A stretch of DNA of 33,035 bases from Candidatus Uhrbacteria bacterium (lineage in GTDB: Bacteria; Patescibacteriota; Patescibacteriia; UBA9934; GWF2-40-263), in contig JABITQ010000025.1 in assembly GCA_018700535.1 (NCBI GenBank), positions 1 to 33,035 of the forward strand, written 5' to 3'. Below are positions 10,013 through 18,106 of this stretch, piece by piece (the first letter of the stretch is position 1; the number at the start of each line of letters is the position of its first letter). The notes beneath the pieces were generated by a model. That model was not told the DNA's origin, did no database searches, and saw nothing but the letters and a program-made list of their open reading frames with translations. The translations under genes and the position numbers were made by a program.

Positions 10013-10402
10013 ATGCGATTCCTTCTTTGTCTTGCGATCGGATTGATGGGGACAGCTCAAGCAGCTGACTACCCCGGCCGTCACATGTTCACATCTCATT
10101 GGATCAACGACACCGCCTCGATCGAGCAATCACTGAGGCAGACCCCTTGGACTGAGCGCTGCGAGTTACGCAGATCGACCAGTCACACAGGCTTCAGTCT
10201 GCGAGCCAAAGTGGATGAGAAGGGGCAGCTGGTGGACCCGAAGGTTGTGGTCTTCACCATCATCGGTACCAGCACCGACGACGATCTTCTTGCCTGCGTT
10301 CTCAAGCAAGCACGTGCGCTCGAACCCCTTTCGGTAGAGGATGGATTCACCCCAGGCTACGAAGGTGCTGGAGACTTCACCTACCAATACTTCCTGCCCT
10401 AG
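10013..10402 (+). CDS. Secreted protein with TonB C-terminal/AgmX-PglI C-terminal-like pattern
   Basis: Signal peptide ending AQA; LRAKVDEKGQLVDPKVV...LLACVL...FTYQY pattern; promoter TTGACA(9910)-N17-TATTCT. Confidence 0.55.
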   Translation: MRFLLCLAIGLMGTAQAADYPGRHMFTSHWINDTASIEQSLRQTPWTERCELRRSTSHTGFSLRAKVDEKGQLVDPKVVVFTIIGTSTDDDLLACVLKQARALEPLSVEDGFTPGYEGAGDFTYQYFLP

Positions 10403-10491
10403 GCACAGCCGTCCACCAACGAGGACCAAACGGGTCGCTCATCTCTGGTGGGCGGCTCTTGTTTTACAATTTCGCCATAAAGACGAATTTT

Positions 10492-10553
10492 TGAAAAAGA
10501 AACACCCCACCGATCAACGAGATTCCAGTAGGGGTTTCTCGCTGACGATGGGG
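10492..10553 (-). repeat. 3' hairpin/terminator family A, copy 1
   Basis: GAAAAAGAAACA..CCCACCGATCAAC..GTTTCTCGCTGAC..GGGG; similar copies at 12331 and 12883. Confidence 0.75.
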
Positions 10554-10577
10554 CCAGCTTGCGTATGGGATTGTTGT

Positions 10578-10850
10578 TCAGGGTGAGATTGTGTTGCCAC
10601 GAGGACCGTGAATCATGATCATTACCATGGCACCGTCCTGACGGATCATGCCACCCAAACCACGTACGATAGTTCGTGCACTACGACCAACCGAGTCGGT
10701 CGGTACGAGTGAGGTAATCGCGAGTCCGTAGGGACACCCCAACTCTTCTGCAACACGACTCTTGATCTCATCATCAGTTCGCGAAGTTTTGACAATTTCA
10801 CGAATAGCTCTCTTGATACCGTCGTCGCTTAAATCTGTCCATGCACACAT
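10578..10850 (-). CDS. Hypothetical protein (cassette-type)
   Basis: AGGAG RBS before ATG 10850; promoter TTGACA(10925-10920)-N17-TATCTT. Confidence 0.7.
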   Translation of the reverse strand: MCAWTDLSDDGIKRAIREIVKTSRTDDEIKSRVAEELGCPYGLAITSLVPTDSVGRSARTIVRGLGGMIRQDGAMVMIMIHGPRGNTISP

Positions 10851-11017
10851 GATTTCTCTCCTAGTCAACGGGTGAAAGGTGAATTGCTGACAGATTAAGA
10901 TAGCATTAAATTGCCTTTTTGTCAATGTATTGAGGGTCAGAAGCAGGTGCATGCATTTACAAAACCAACAAAATATGTTGAACTCCCGCAGACCAACCAT
11001 GGTCTTTGGAGAATCCA

Positions 11018-11662
11018 ATGAGATCTATCATTGACGGCGTACCGTCAAATCTGTTCGCTGTCACCACCCGTGCGCTCAATGTAGTCCTGGGAGCTGACCC
11101 AACACAAGAGCGTCGAAGCATCTGCCTGATGTGTGCACGTGCTGATGATCACAAACAGGCGATTGTTACCTTGCTTGTAGGTGGCGAAGCAAATCGAGGA
11201 ATCCTCTCTGGGCTATTTGGTGAAGACCTCGCTTGGGCCGTGCATTGCATACGGTATGCAAGCCTCAAGCTGGCGTACCTTATAGCCAACCCTGATGCCG
11301 TCACATCTTTTGAGGGCGCAAACCCCGACGAAGATCTCTACGGTGGCGGTCTGCGGATCAAGAACAAGAAATTGTTCATCGTTCCCTCTGGCCTCAGCGC
11401 CGAAGGAGACCTGGTGGTGGGACTCCTTGTCGTCATCATGATTGGCGAGATCAACACCACCGAAGCGCGCGAAGTGGCAGAGAATGTCAGCGCGGAATGC
11501 CTAGCTTTGTTCGATGATACTGTAGTCGAAATCGAAGATTCCATTCCGGAATTCTCCTGCCCCATTTGCCGCTGCCCCAACACAACACATCACAAAACTG
11601 GTAACGACTCTAGTTACTTGGTCTGCAACGAATGTGGTCACTACGCCGCCTGGCGTTCGTAA
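11018..11662 (+). CDS. GlcG/HbpS-like domain fused to C-terminal zinc ribbon
   Basis: YASLK...YGGGLRI...PSGL...GD resembles the GlcG/HbpS A..K...GG.P...SG...D layout; CPICRC...CNECG at the C-terminus; GGAG RBS. Confidence 0.6.
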   Translation: MRSIIDGVPSNLFAVTTRALNVVLGADPTQERRSICLMCARADDHKQAIVTLLVGGEANRGILSGLFGEDLAWAVHCIRYASLKLAYLIANPDAVTSFEGANPDEDLYGGGLRIKNKKLFIVPSGLSAEGDLVVGLLVVIMIGEINTTEAREVAENVSAECLALFDDTVVEIEDSIPEFSCPICRCPNTTHHKTGNDSSYLVCNECGHYAAWRS

Positions 11663-11966
11663 ACCACAACCAACCGCCCCACGAGTAAGTCACCACCTAT
11701 CACGGTGGATCTACGACACCACTCTCGTGCGGGCGGTTTTTGTTTACCCAAACAAAAAAGGCGCAAGTAAATTGATTACTCGCGCCGCGTTAGGTGTGTG
11801 GTCAGTGTTGGGTCAGAGCCGTTCCATCCAATCGTAGTCGTGGTGAGTTGGTACTTATCGTTTATATTTGGACAGATTATCAACGTGAGAAAATAAAAAC
11901 ACCCCGCCGAAGCTACGAGTGAATTCTCGAACTTCATACGGGGTTCGTTGTTTGCCCAAGGGCTAG

Positions 11967-12233
11967 CTAGGCCTTGGTACCAGACTCTTCCATCAGATAG
12001 AAGGTGGCTGTGATCTCGTACTGTTCTCCGCGACATTGACCACAACTACACGGAGTGGTGTCGAACGTCTTGAATTCGACCGCCATTCGTTCCATGCCCT
12101 CGCCTGGAAAATGCTCGCCCCAAATAGAGACGATCTCTTGCCCCGTGACCTTGCCACTAGAATCGTGTGACTTATCGAGCTCAACATCGACTCTCTTTTG
12201 ACCATTTTCCATGACAACTTCGAGGCTTCTCAT
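11967..12233 (-). CDS. Hypothetical protein with CxCxxC motif
   Basis: AGGGGA RBS; promoter TTGACA-N17-TACCTT; terminator about 11890-11945. Confidence 0.65.
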   Translation of the reverse strand: MRSLEVVMENGQKRVDVELDKSHDSSGKVTGQEIVSIWGEHFPGEGMERMAVEFKTFDTTPCSCGQCRGEQYEITATFYLMEESGTKA

Positions 12234-12330
12234 AAGATATCCCTATTGGTGCTGGTGTACCGATGCTCATCATCAGGACCAGCGAAGGTAGCAATAATCA
12301 AAGCTCATGTCAACCGTTTAGGTGTCATTT

Positions 12331-12395
12331 TGAAAAAGAAACAACCCCACCGACAGCGAACCACCCGTAAGGTGTTTCTTGCTGACTGCGGGGTT
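12331..12395 (-). repeat. 3' hairpin/terminator family A, copy 2
   Basis: TGAAAAAGAAACAACCCCACCGACAGC..GTTTCTTGCTGAC..GGGGTT. Confidence 0.75.
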
Positions 12396-12405
12396 GAGCG
12401 TGCGT

Positions 12406-12702
12406 CTACATGAGTGCGTGGATGATCCCACCGATGACCAGGGCGCTCGTTGGTGCCGCAAACGCGTAAAAAATACGGCCTGTCACCGAGTCAAAAAAAT
12501 CCTCTGGATCTGGAATGTATTTGCTGGTCAGGAATGCAACAACGACTCCAAGCCCCATTGCCTGGAGAAATCCAATCGTCTGGATATGGAATGTCGTGAA
12601 GATGAACCAGTTCCAAAGCATCATGATGACAAAGCCAGAGTAGATGGCACTGACTGCATCAATGGCGGTGCTACAAGCGAAAATACCAAGAAGTACGACC
12701 AT
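12406..12702 (-). CDS. Small membrane protein (LWNWF motif, phage-like style)
   Basis: GGAG RBS before ATG 12702; three hydrophobic segments; TTGACA at 12776-12771. Confidence 0.65.
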   Translation of the reverse strand: MVVLLGIFACSTAIDAVSAIYSGFVIMMLWNWFIFTTFHIQTIGFLQAMGLGVVVAFLTSKYIPDPEDFFDSVTGRIFYAFAAPTSALVIGGIIHALM

Positions 12703-12882
12703 GACTTGCTCCAGCAAGAGGGTGTGAAGTCTCCGTTGAGACATTGCAAGATGACATAGGATTAGGACTCTGTCAATAGATTGGTATGGGGCATCTACCG
12801 CTTCAGACCCTAAACACCCTCAACCGCACCCCGCAGAGAGCGCCTTGCGTCTCACTGCTCAGAGATGCGGTTTTTGATTTTT

Positions 12883-12953
12883 GGAAAAAGAAACAACGCA
12901 CCCACGATCAGCAGACGTTTACGCAAATGCGTGTTTCTGCTGACGTGAGTGCG
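12883..12953 (-). repeat. 3' hairpin/terminator family A, copy 3
   Basis: GGAAAAAGAAACAACGCACCCACGATCAGC..GTTTCTGCTGACGTGAGTGCG. Confidence 0.75.
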
Positions 12954-12957
12954 CAAG

Positions 12958-13323
12958 CTAGGACTCAACCTCGGGTTTCTGCAGCTCTTGAGTGATTCCG
13001 AAACTTCGGAGAACAGCAGCCTCTGCCTCTGTGATAGGGCCAACTTCTTCCCATCCCCACTTCTTGTCACAGGTTCCACCTCCATAAGGCTCATGAAAAT
13101 CACCCTGCCTCTCGATGTACTCCACCCTCTTCGCAGCCGCAGCCTGCGGTTGCTGAGCAAGAGGCACTTGGTCCAGTGCGTAACCATACCAAGCGCCATA
13201 GTGTTCTGCGATGTTGAGATGGTCAGCTACTTCAGCAGCAGTACTAGCCACAACGTAACCGAGAGTCATTACCTCATCAACATCAGGGCCGGAAAAGCGT
13301 TTGGTAAGACGATAAAGCTTCAT
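12958..13323 (-). CDS. Hypothetical protein (phage-early-gene style)
   Basis: GAGGTG RBS; MKLYRL start; TTGACA promoter at about 13410. Confidence 0.7.
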   Translation of the reverse strand: MKLYRLTKRFSGPDVDEVMTLGYVVASTAAEVADHLNIAEHYGAWYGYALDQVPLAQQPQAAAAKRVEYIERQGDFHEPYGGGTCDKKWGWEEVGPITEAEAAVLRSFGITQELQKPEVES

Positions 13324-13476
13324 GACACCTCTCTTTTGTAATCGATTGTAACTGCCGCAGGGTTGTCAAAATGACTGGAGAATCTATCACGAAAACAGCC
13401 TTTTTGTCAATGGATGGAGGTGGGCGCTTAAAAAAGAAGAGACGCCTCGATGTATATCGGGGCGTCTTGCGTGTGT

Positions 13477-13902
13477 CTAGCTTGTGAGACGTTTGATGGG
13501 AGAAATGATGCACTTGCTCACTGCCCACCAGATAGCCCTCAAGAACGTCGCGAGGGTAAGTGGAACGATGAACCCAACTCCGATCACTAGTCGAAACAAG
13601 AGCTGTCCTTTGCGAACGAAGACTTCGTTCCAAAGAAAGATCGGAGGGGCTATGTATGAATCTCCGTGAAGGAACCTTTCAGCAGTGCTCGATATACCCT
13701 GCATATTCAAGAAGATGCAAAGCATGAACTGCAACAGAACGACGCTGAAGACCCGATCAGGGATGTTGAAATTGTGACCATCTGCATACAGCATCAGAAA
13801 AGTGATGGCTATAACCAGATACATCCCCAAGGTAAACTGAAAGGTCCATTTGCGCCCCGCGTTGAGGGAACTGACTTGCTCAGCAGTGTAAGCAGAAGAC
13901 AT
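13477..13902 (-). CDS. Hypothetical 3-TM membrane protein
   Basis: GAGGTG RBS before ATG 13902; TTGACT-N17-TACGAT promoter; terminator about 13430-13467. Confidence 0.7.
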   Translation of the reverse strand: MSSAYTAEQVSSLNAGRKWTFQFTLGMYLVIAITFLMLYADGHNFNIPDRVFSVVLLQFMLCIFLNMQGISSTAERFLHGDSYIAPPIFLWNEVFVRKGQLLFRLVIGVGFIVPLTLATFLRAIWWAVSKCIISPIKRLTS

Positions 13903-13998
13903 GACCACCTCTTGTGTAGGTCGACGATATCGTAGCGAGGAACTATTGCTGAGTCAATGGAATATTCGTTGGGGTTTACCATTTATTCTGGGGTAACA

Positions 13999-14033
13999 AT
14001 AAAACCACCTAGCGAATTGCTAGGTGGTTTTAT
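13999..14033 (-). terminator. Terminator downstream of tRNA (bidirectional-looking)
   Basis: ATAAAACCACCTAGC-GAATT-GCTAGGTGGTTTTAT inverted repeat. Confidence 0.8.
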
Positions 14034-14107
14034 GGTGACCCCACGGGGAATCGAACCCCGATTTCCAGGATGAGAACCTGGCGTCCTAACCGTTAGACGA
14101 TGGGGCC
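14033..14107 (-). tRNA. tRNA-Glu (anticodon CTC)
   Basis: Reverse complement GGCCCCATCGTCTAACGGTTAGGACGCCAGGTTCTCATCCTGGAAATCGGGGTTCGATTCCCCGTGGGGTCACCA: cloverleaf, GGTTCGA T-loop, encoded CCA. Confidence 0.97.
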
Positions 14108-14180
14108 TTTCGGCCTATTTTTGTTGCGTCGAGATAATAACATGATGGCTTTTGCGTGGCAAGATCTAAACTCCCCACAT

Positions 14181-14286
14181 TTGACACACCCCACACAATC
14201 CGACATATTCCCCGTGGGGAAACCCAGGAGAACACACCTGTGACTTTTTCGCTACCGGTCACGTGAAGGGTGTGTTTTTTGTTTTG
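14181..14286 (+). other. Mini transcription unit: promoter + RBS + 8-codon ORF/hairpin + terminator (sRNA, leader peptide or empty cassette)
   Basis: TTGACA(14181)-N17-CATATT; AGGAG 14226-14230; GTG..TGA 14240-14266; stem AACACACC/GGTGTGTT plus T-run. Confidence 0.5.
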
Positions 14287-14370
14287 TTAAAACTTTTTGT
14301 GTTCAACAAACTTATTGACCACTTTCAATATTTTACCTAAGGTCAGATTGTTCTTTCCAAGGAGTAGTCA

Positions 14371-14922
14371 ATGTTGTTTCTGCTGATGCTTGCATGTATT
14401 CATGCGACTCCGAGCGTGGTGACCAGTCCAGTTGCACAGATTGATTCAGACATCTCTGTGCATCATGAATCGTCACCGATTACAGGTGCAGAGTTTTCGT
14501 TTCTGATTTTGGTAGCACAGCAGTGCCCAATGCCGAGCGATGCGCGAGTATGCATTGCTTACATCACAACTGAGTACCCTCAAGATGAAGAACTAGAAGA
14601 GATCATCAAGCTTTTCTCTCGACATGAACAACTCAACGGAGAACACCTAGTTTACGTTCATGGATTCTACAATCACAAGGAAACCGTTTTCTTCCAAGGT
14701 GCTTACACACTCGATTGCAATCCAGCGAACCCATGCTCATTGCACGTAGACCTCAAAGCTGGCGCTGATGGACACGTCCTTATGACATCGTCCATGAGCA
14801 GAGAAACTCTCGAGTGGGAAATTATTGGGAGCAACATCTACCCAATCCAAAGAATACAGAAATTTCCTACACTTGATCAGCAACTACGCCAAGCCCCTGA
14901 GACAACACAAGCATCGCGCTGA
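14371..14922 (+). CDS. Putative lipoprotein
   Basis: AAGGAG RBS; MLFLLMLAC lipobox-like start; TTGACC-N17-TAAGGT promoter. Confidence 0.7.
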   Translation: MLFLLMLACIHATPSVVTSPVAQIDSDISVHHESSPITGAEFSFLILVAQQCPMPSDARVCIAYITTEYPQDEELEEIIKLFSRHEQLNGEHLVYVHGFYNHKETVFFQGAYTLDCNPANPCSLHVDLKAGADGHVLMTSSMSRETLEWEIIGSNIYPIQRIQKFPTLDQQLRQAPETTQASR

Positions 14923-14995
14923 TGACATGTTGCCTCTGGGGTTTTTTAGTTTAAACAAAACAGCCCGCCCAGAAGCATCTGGACAGGCATTCGTG

Positions 14996-15520
14996 TTACG
15001 CGTGGCGCACAAGCCCCTTGGGATTCTTCACATCTTCAAAGACGGCAATCATCATTGCCATCAGGATTTCAGGGTCTCGACCGATGAACTTGTAGCTCAT
15101 ACCCCCTGTCTTGACGAGATGATGAGCATGGTCATCTTTCCAGACAGCTCTCGTCCATTCGAACTGGCAGATTGTTCCAAATTCGACATCGACCGAAATC
15201 TCAGCGATCATCTCAGCTGGACGAAGAATGCGTTGGTCAAGGTGCATTGTCCAACCATCCTTGTCCCTTGAAGCGTTGAGCCGACTTCTGATACCAATCG
15301 GCCACGGCGACGAGAGATCAACAACGACTTCATCACGTTTCATCATCCTCAGAGCTGGACTTGAATCGACAATTCCAGTCACCTGACTACGCACCGCATC
15401 TCTGCCCATACTTCCTTCAATCATTGTCTTGATCAGCTCAAAGACAGACTCACCCTCACTGAACAGATGCTTGGGATCTAGCCTGTAGAACACTTTTCCG
15501 CGTGGGAACATCTCGCCCAT
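14996..15520 (-). CDS. Hypothetical protein, possible divergent PilZ domain
   Basis: AGGAG RBS; RMMKR (RxxxR), NASRDKDG, AVWK, GGMSYKF..DPE; promoter TTGACC-N17-TAGTTT. Confidence 0.6.
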   Translation of the reverse strand: MGEMFPRGKVFYRLDPKHLFSEGESVFELIKTMIEGSMGRDAVRSQVTGIVDSSPALRMMKRDEVVVDLSSPWPIGIRSRLNASRDKDGWTMHLDQRILRPAEMIAEISVDVEFGTICQFEWTRAVWKDDHAHHLVKTGGMSYKFIGRDPEILMAMMIAVFEDVKNPKGLVRHA

Positions 15521-15682
15521 GTCTTCTCCTATTGTGCCATATCTCCGTGTATCCTTTCAGATTACCGGCTGGTCACACATGTTGCCAAGGAGAGCCCTTG
15601 GTTCAAAAAAACTATCAGGGATCAGGATGCCGGTCAATTGATGTTGCAGAAAACTAATGCTAGGCTCATGTTAGGAGGAAGC

Positions 15683-16108
15683 ATGAAAAAGCTCACAGTA
15701 TTTATTCTGGCCGCTTACCCCACAGAGAACTGGCTCCGTAGAACTCGACAGCGCAGAGAGCCGACTTTGTTTGAGTGGCTTGATGCCGAAGACATCGAAC
15801 TTTTCGAAGTGCAATGGGATGGTCGTATTGATGCGCTCATCAAAGCGTTCCGCAGGGGCGATCAATTCGTTGTCCGAGCAAGCAACTACATGAACCCAGA
15901 AGAGCGCTCCAACTTTAGGGGCAACCCCAAACCAGATTGGATGGGTGTCGTTGTTCGCACATGCGCTGCTCTCGGTATTCCAATCTTCTACAACGGACAC
16001 ATCATGCACCCAAGCCCTGTCAGAGACTACGACATTGAATGGAGTGATCACGGCAGAGGAAAAGATGAACTCATAGAAGCCCTGTCTCCATTCGTGGTGG
16101 AAACCTAG
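15683..16108 (+). CDS. Hypothetical protein, possible degenerate resolvase-like fold
   Basis: AGGAGG RBS before ATG 15683; IDALIKAFRRGDQFVV...CAALGIPIF pattern. Confidence 0.6.
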   Translation: MKKLTVFILAAYPTENWLRRTRQRREPTLFEWLDAEDIELFEVQWDGRIDALIKAFRRGDQFVVRASNYMNPEERSNFRGNPKPDWMGVVVRTCAALGIPIFYNGHIMHPSPVRDYDIEWSDHGRGKDELIEALSPFVVET

Positions 16109-16182
16109 AGCGTCTCAACATATACATTGACAGAAACCTCTCTGTCGACTATATTGTCCCGGTCTTCAAAGTGGAGTTTCTT

Positions 16183-16554
16183 TTGAACAAACCGGTACTG
16201 GTCATCATCGACGACGACGATCAACTTCGCAAAGCAGTAAGTCGCATACTTGCGCGATGCGGATTCGATGTCCATGCATTCGACAATCCAGATGATGCTC
16301 TTCTATACATCGAAGAGAACCCGGAGTTCTCTGGTATCTTGTCTGATTTCGACATGGCATCAACTCGAAACGGCATTCAAGTGTTCCACGAGGTTCAACC
16401 GATCCTGAGTGGGAGACCGTTCGTTCTTCTCACCGGCACAGAAGATCTCGAGGAAAGGTATCCAGGACTTCCTTCTGAGTGCGTGGTCCGTAGAAAACCA
16501 TGTATCATCAAAAGCCTGCTACCTGATCTCCCGGCCCTGCCCCCGTCTGCTTGA
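16183..16554 (+). CDS. Single-domain response regulator (REC)
   Basis: VIIDDD, ILSDFDM (phospho-Asp), NG, LLTG, RKP; GGAG RBS before TTG 16183; TTGACA-N17-TATATT promoter. Confidence 0.88.
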   Translation: MNKPVLVIIDDDDQLRKAVSRILARCGFDVHAFDNPDDALLYIEENPEFSGILSDFDMASTRNGIQVFHEVQPILSGRPFVLLTGTEDLEERYPGLPSECVVRRKPCIIKSLLPDLPALPPSA

Positions 16555-16636
16555 TGGGGGTCTTTTGTTACACAAACAAAAGACCCCCCGTCGCCAAAGC
16601 TTCGGGGGGTCGTGCGTTGAGGCCTGCGTTTGACCT

Positions 16637-17602
16637 CTAGTGTTCTTCGTCTCCTTGCACCTGTTTGGCCAGCAATCGATCAAACCTCGCTGAGAGCTCG
16701 GGAGATCCGGCACGAAACGAGCTGGCCATACAACGAAAGACAACAATGCTCACCCCATCAGCAACCAGAGCCTCCAAGCGATCAGACCAATCACCCACCA
16801 ACAAATCCCTGATCCTTCGCAAGGTATCAAGCAACCACGGATGCTTTTCTCGCGCTGAGCTAGAAACTGCCCACTGAAACAAAGTCCAGGTGTGTTCAAT
16901 ATTTCTGTTTGTAAGCACCTCAAGGATCCCGATCTGACACGATCTGTCTTTCACCTTCATGCTCATCATCTGCTGAACAAACTGGTCAACCTGCTCCGCA
17001 CGCATCACATTGATCAACTCAACGATTATGGCGCCATCACGCTCAGCATCTTCGTAAGATACAAGTCCAGTGAAAGTTTCCCTGAAAAGCTCGGACGCGT
17101 AATCAAGCACATCATCAGACTCAAGCCTGCTGATCATGTACCTGCGAGTCTCGTCGTCGAGGTTGCCGGTGTTGATCCGCTTGAGCATGACCGAGCTCGA
17201 GGCACACACATCGACAAACTGCTTCATGAGTTCAAAGTGCATGCTTCCACCAGCAATCACCGCTTCGACACTGGCATCATCTTGCAAAATGTATGATCCG
17301 TGAATCGCCAACGTGGCGAGCCTGAAATCATCGTCTGATGATTTCATCCACTCAGGATGTGTCACACAAGCCTCAGCGAGAACGAGTCCGCTCTCGTTGC
17401 GACCACTCTGACTAGTCACGCGCAACCCTGCAGATACACGAACTTCCCGCAGGTCACCATCAATCCTTTCACGGACGTACAAGTCGACATCCCCCACACG
17501 ATGATCACGGCCGTACACAATTGCGGCATAGGGCGTTTCAGCCCCGACAACCACAACGCTATTTTGACCAAACACCACTGCACGAAATCCTTCACTACCC
17601 AT
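16637..17602 (-). CDS. Hypothetical protein, paralog of 24122-24928
   Basis: Shared AVxF..N.VV...PYAxIV...GDxDL...RV.AG...GLV..AC and LDxETR..MIS.L....YAxELF motifs. Confidence 0.8.
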   Translation of the reverse strand: MGSEGFRAVVFGQNSVVVVGAETPYAAIVYGRDHRVGDVDLYVRERIDGDLREVRVSAGLRVTSQSGRNESGLVLAEACVTHPEWMKSSDDDFRLATLAIHGSYILQDDASVEAVIAGGSMHFELMKQFVDVCASSSVMLKRINTGNLDDETRRYMISRLESDDVLDYASELFRETFTGLVSYEDAERDGAIIVELINVMRAEQVDQFVQQMMSMKVKDRSCQIGILEVLTNRNIEHTWTLFQWAVSSSAREKHPWLLDTLRRIRDLLVGDWSDRLEALVADGVSIVVFRCMASSFRAGSPELSARFDRLLAKQVQGDEEH

Positions 17603-17738
17603 AACGACACCTCGAGCTTGTGGACTGTTCCACGATTTGAGTTTTTGAGATTCACATTGCTTCTCTATTTGTCTCCAAGCTTACTTAGACACAAGTAGAG
17701 AACGGCGAGTCGAATGTGTGCATTCGACTCGCCCGTGA

Positions 17739-17945
17739 CTAGTGCCACCTGAGCATCGAGAGTATCGATGACCGAGTGTGCCCTGGCGGTGATGGCGATT
17801 TTGCCAGTTTGCGATTTGCAATCTTCCGCGCGCGTGTCTCGGCACGCTCCACGAGAGCCATGCCGATTAGTGCACACGCAAAAATGACCAAGACCCATGG
17901 ATGCTGAAGAAGCTGATCCACGCCGTGCTGAATAGGTTGATACAT
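17739..17945 (-). CDS. Small single-TM protein
   Basis: 68 aa, one hydrophobic segment, basic tail; promoter TTGACA(18046-18041)-N17-TATTTT; hairpin 17703-17735. Confidence 0.5.
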   Translation of the reverse strand: MYQPIQHGVDQLLQHPWVLVIFACALIGMALVERAETRARKIANRKLAKSPSPPGHTRSSILSMLRWH

Positions 17946-18106
17946 CCCGAATTCCCTTGTTTGAGTGATGGTGCTACTTGCACCAAGTGTACTACCTTAC
18001 CGAAAAGAGTACGGCAAAAAATAGCATTATTATTGATCTTTGTCAATGTATCGAAACTAAAAAACCCTCGTTTTGAGGGTTTTCATTCTATCTATTTTTC
18101 TTCAAC

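Noticed and set aside
12800-12810. GCTTCAGACCC match to the 3' end of the 26489 gene
   Set aside because: Only 11 bp, in a different frame relative to the stop codon; compatible with chance.
10492-12953. Canonical integron with attC sites
   Set aside because: Hairpins lack consistent RYYYAAC/GTTRRRY ends and carry U-tracts; genes have their own promoters and mixed orientation; no intI in the window.
14207-14219. attL/attR duplicate of the tRNA 3' end
   Set aside because: The match is inverted, only 13 bp, quasi-palindromic and upstream of the tRNA; no direct-repeat copy was seen.
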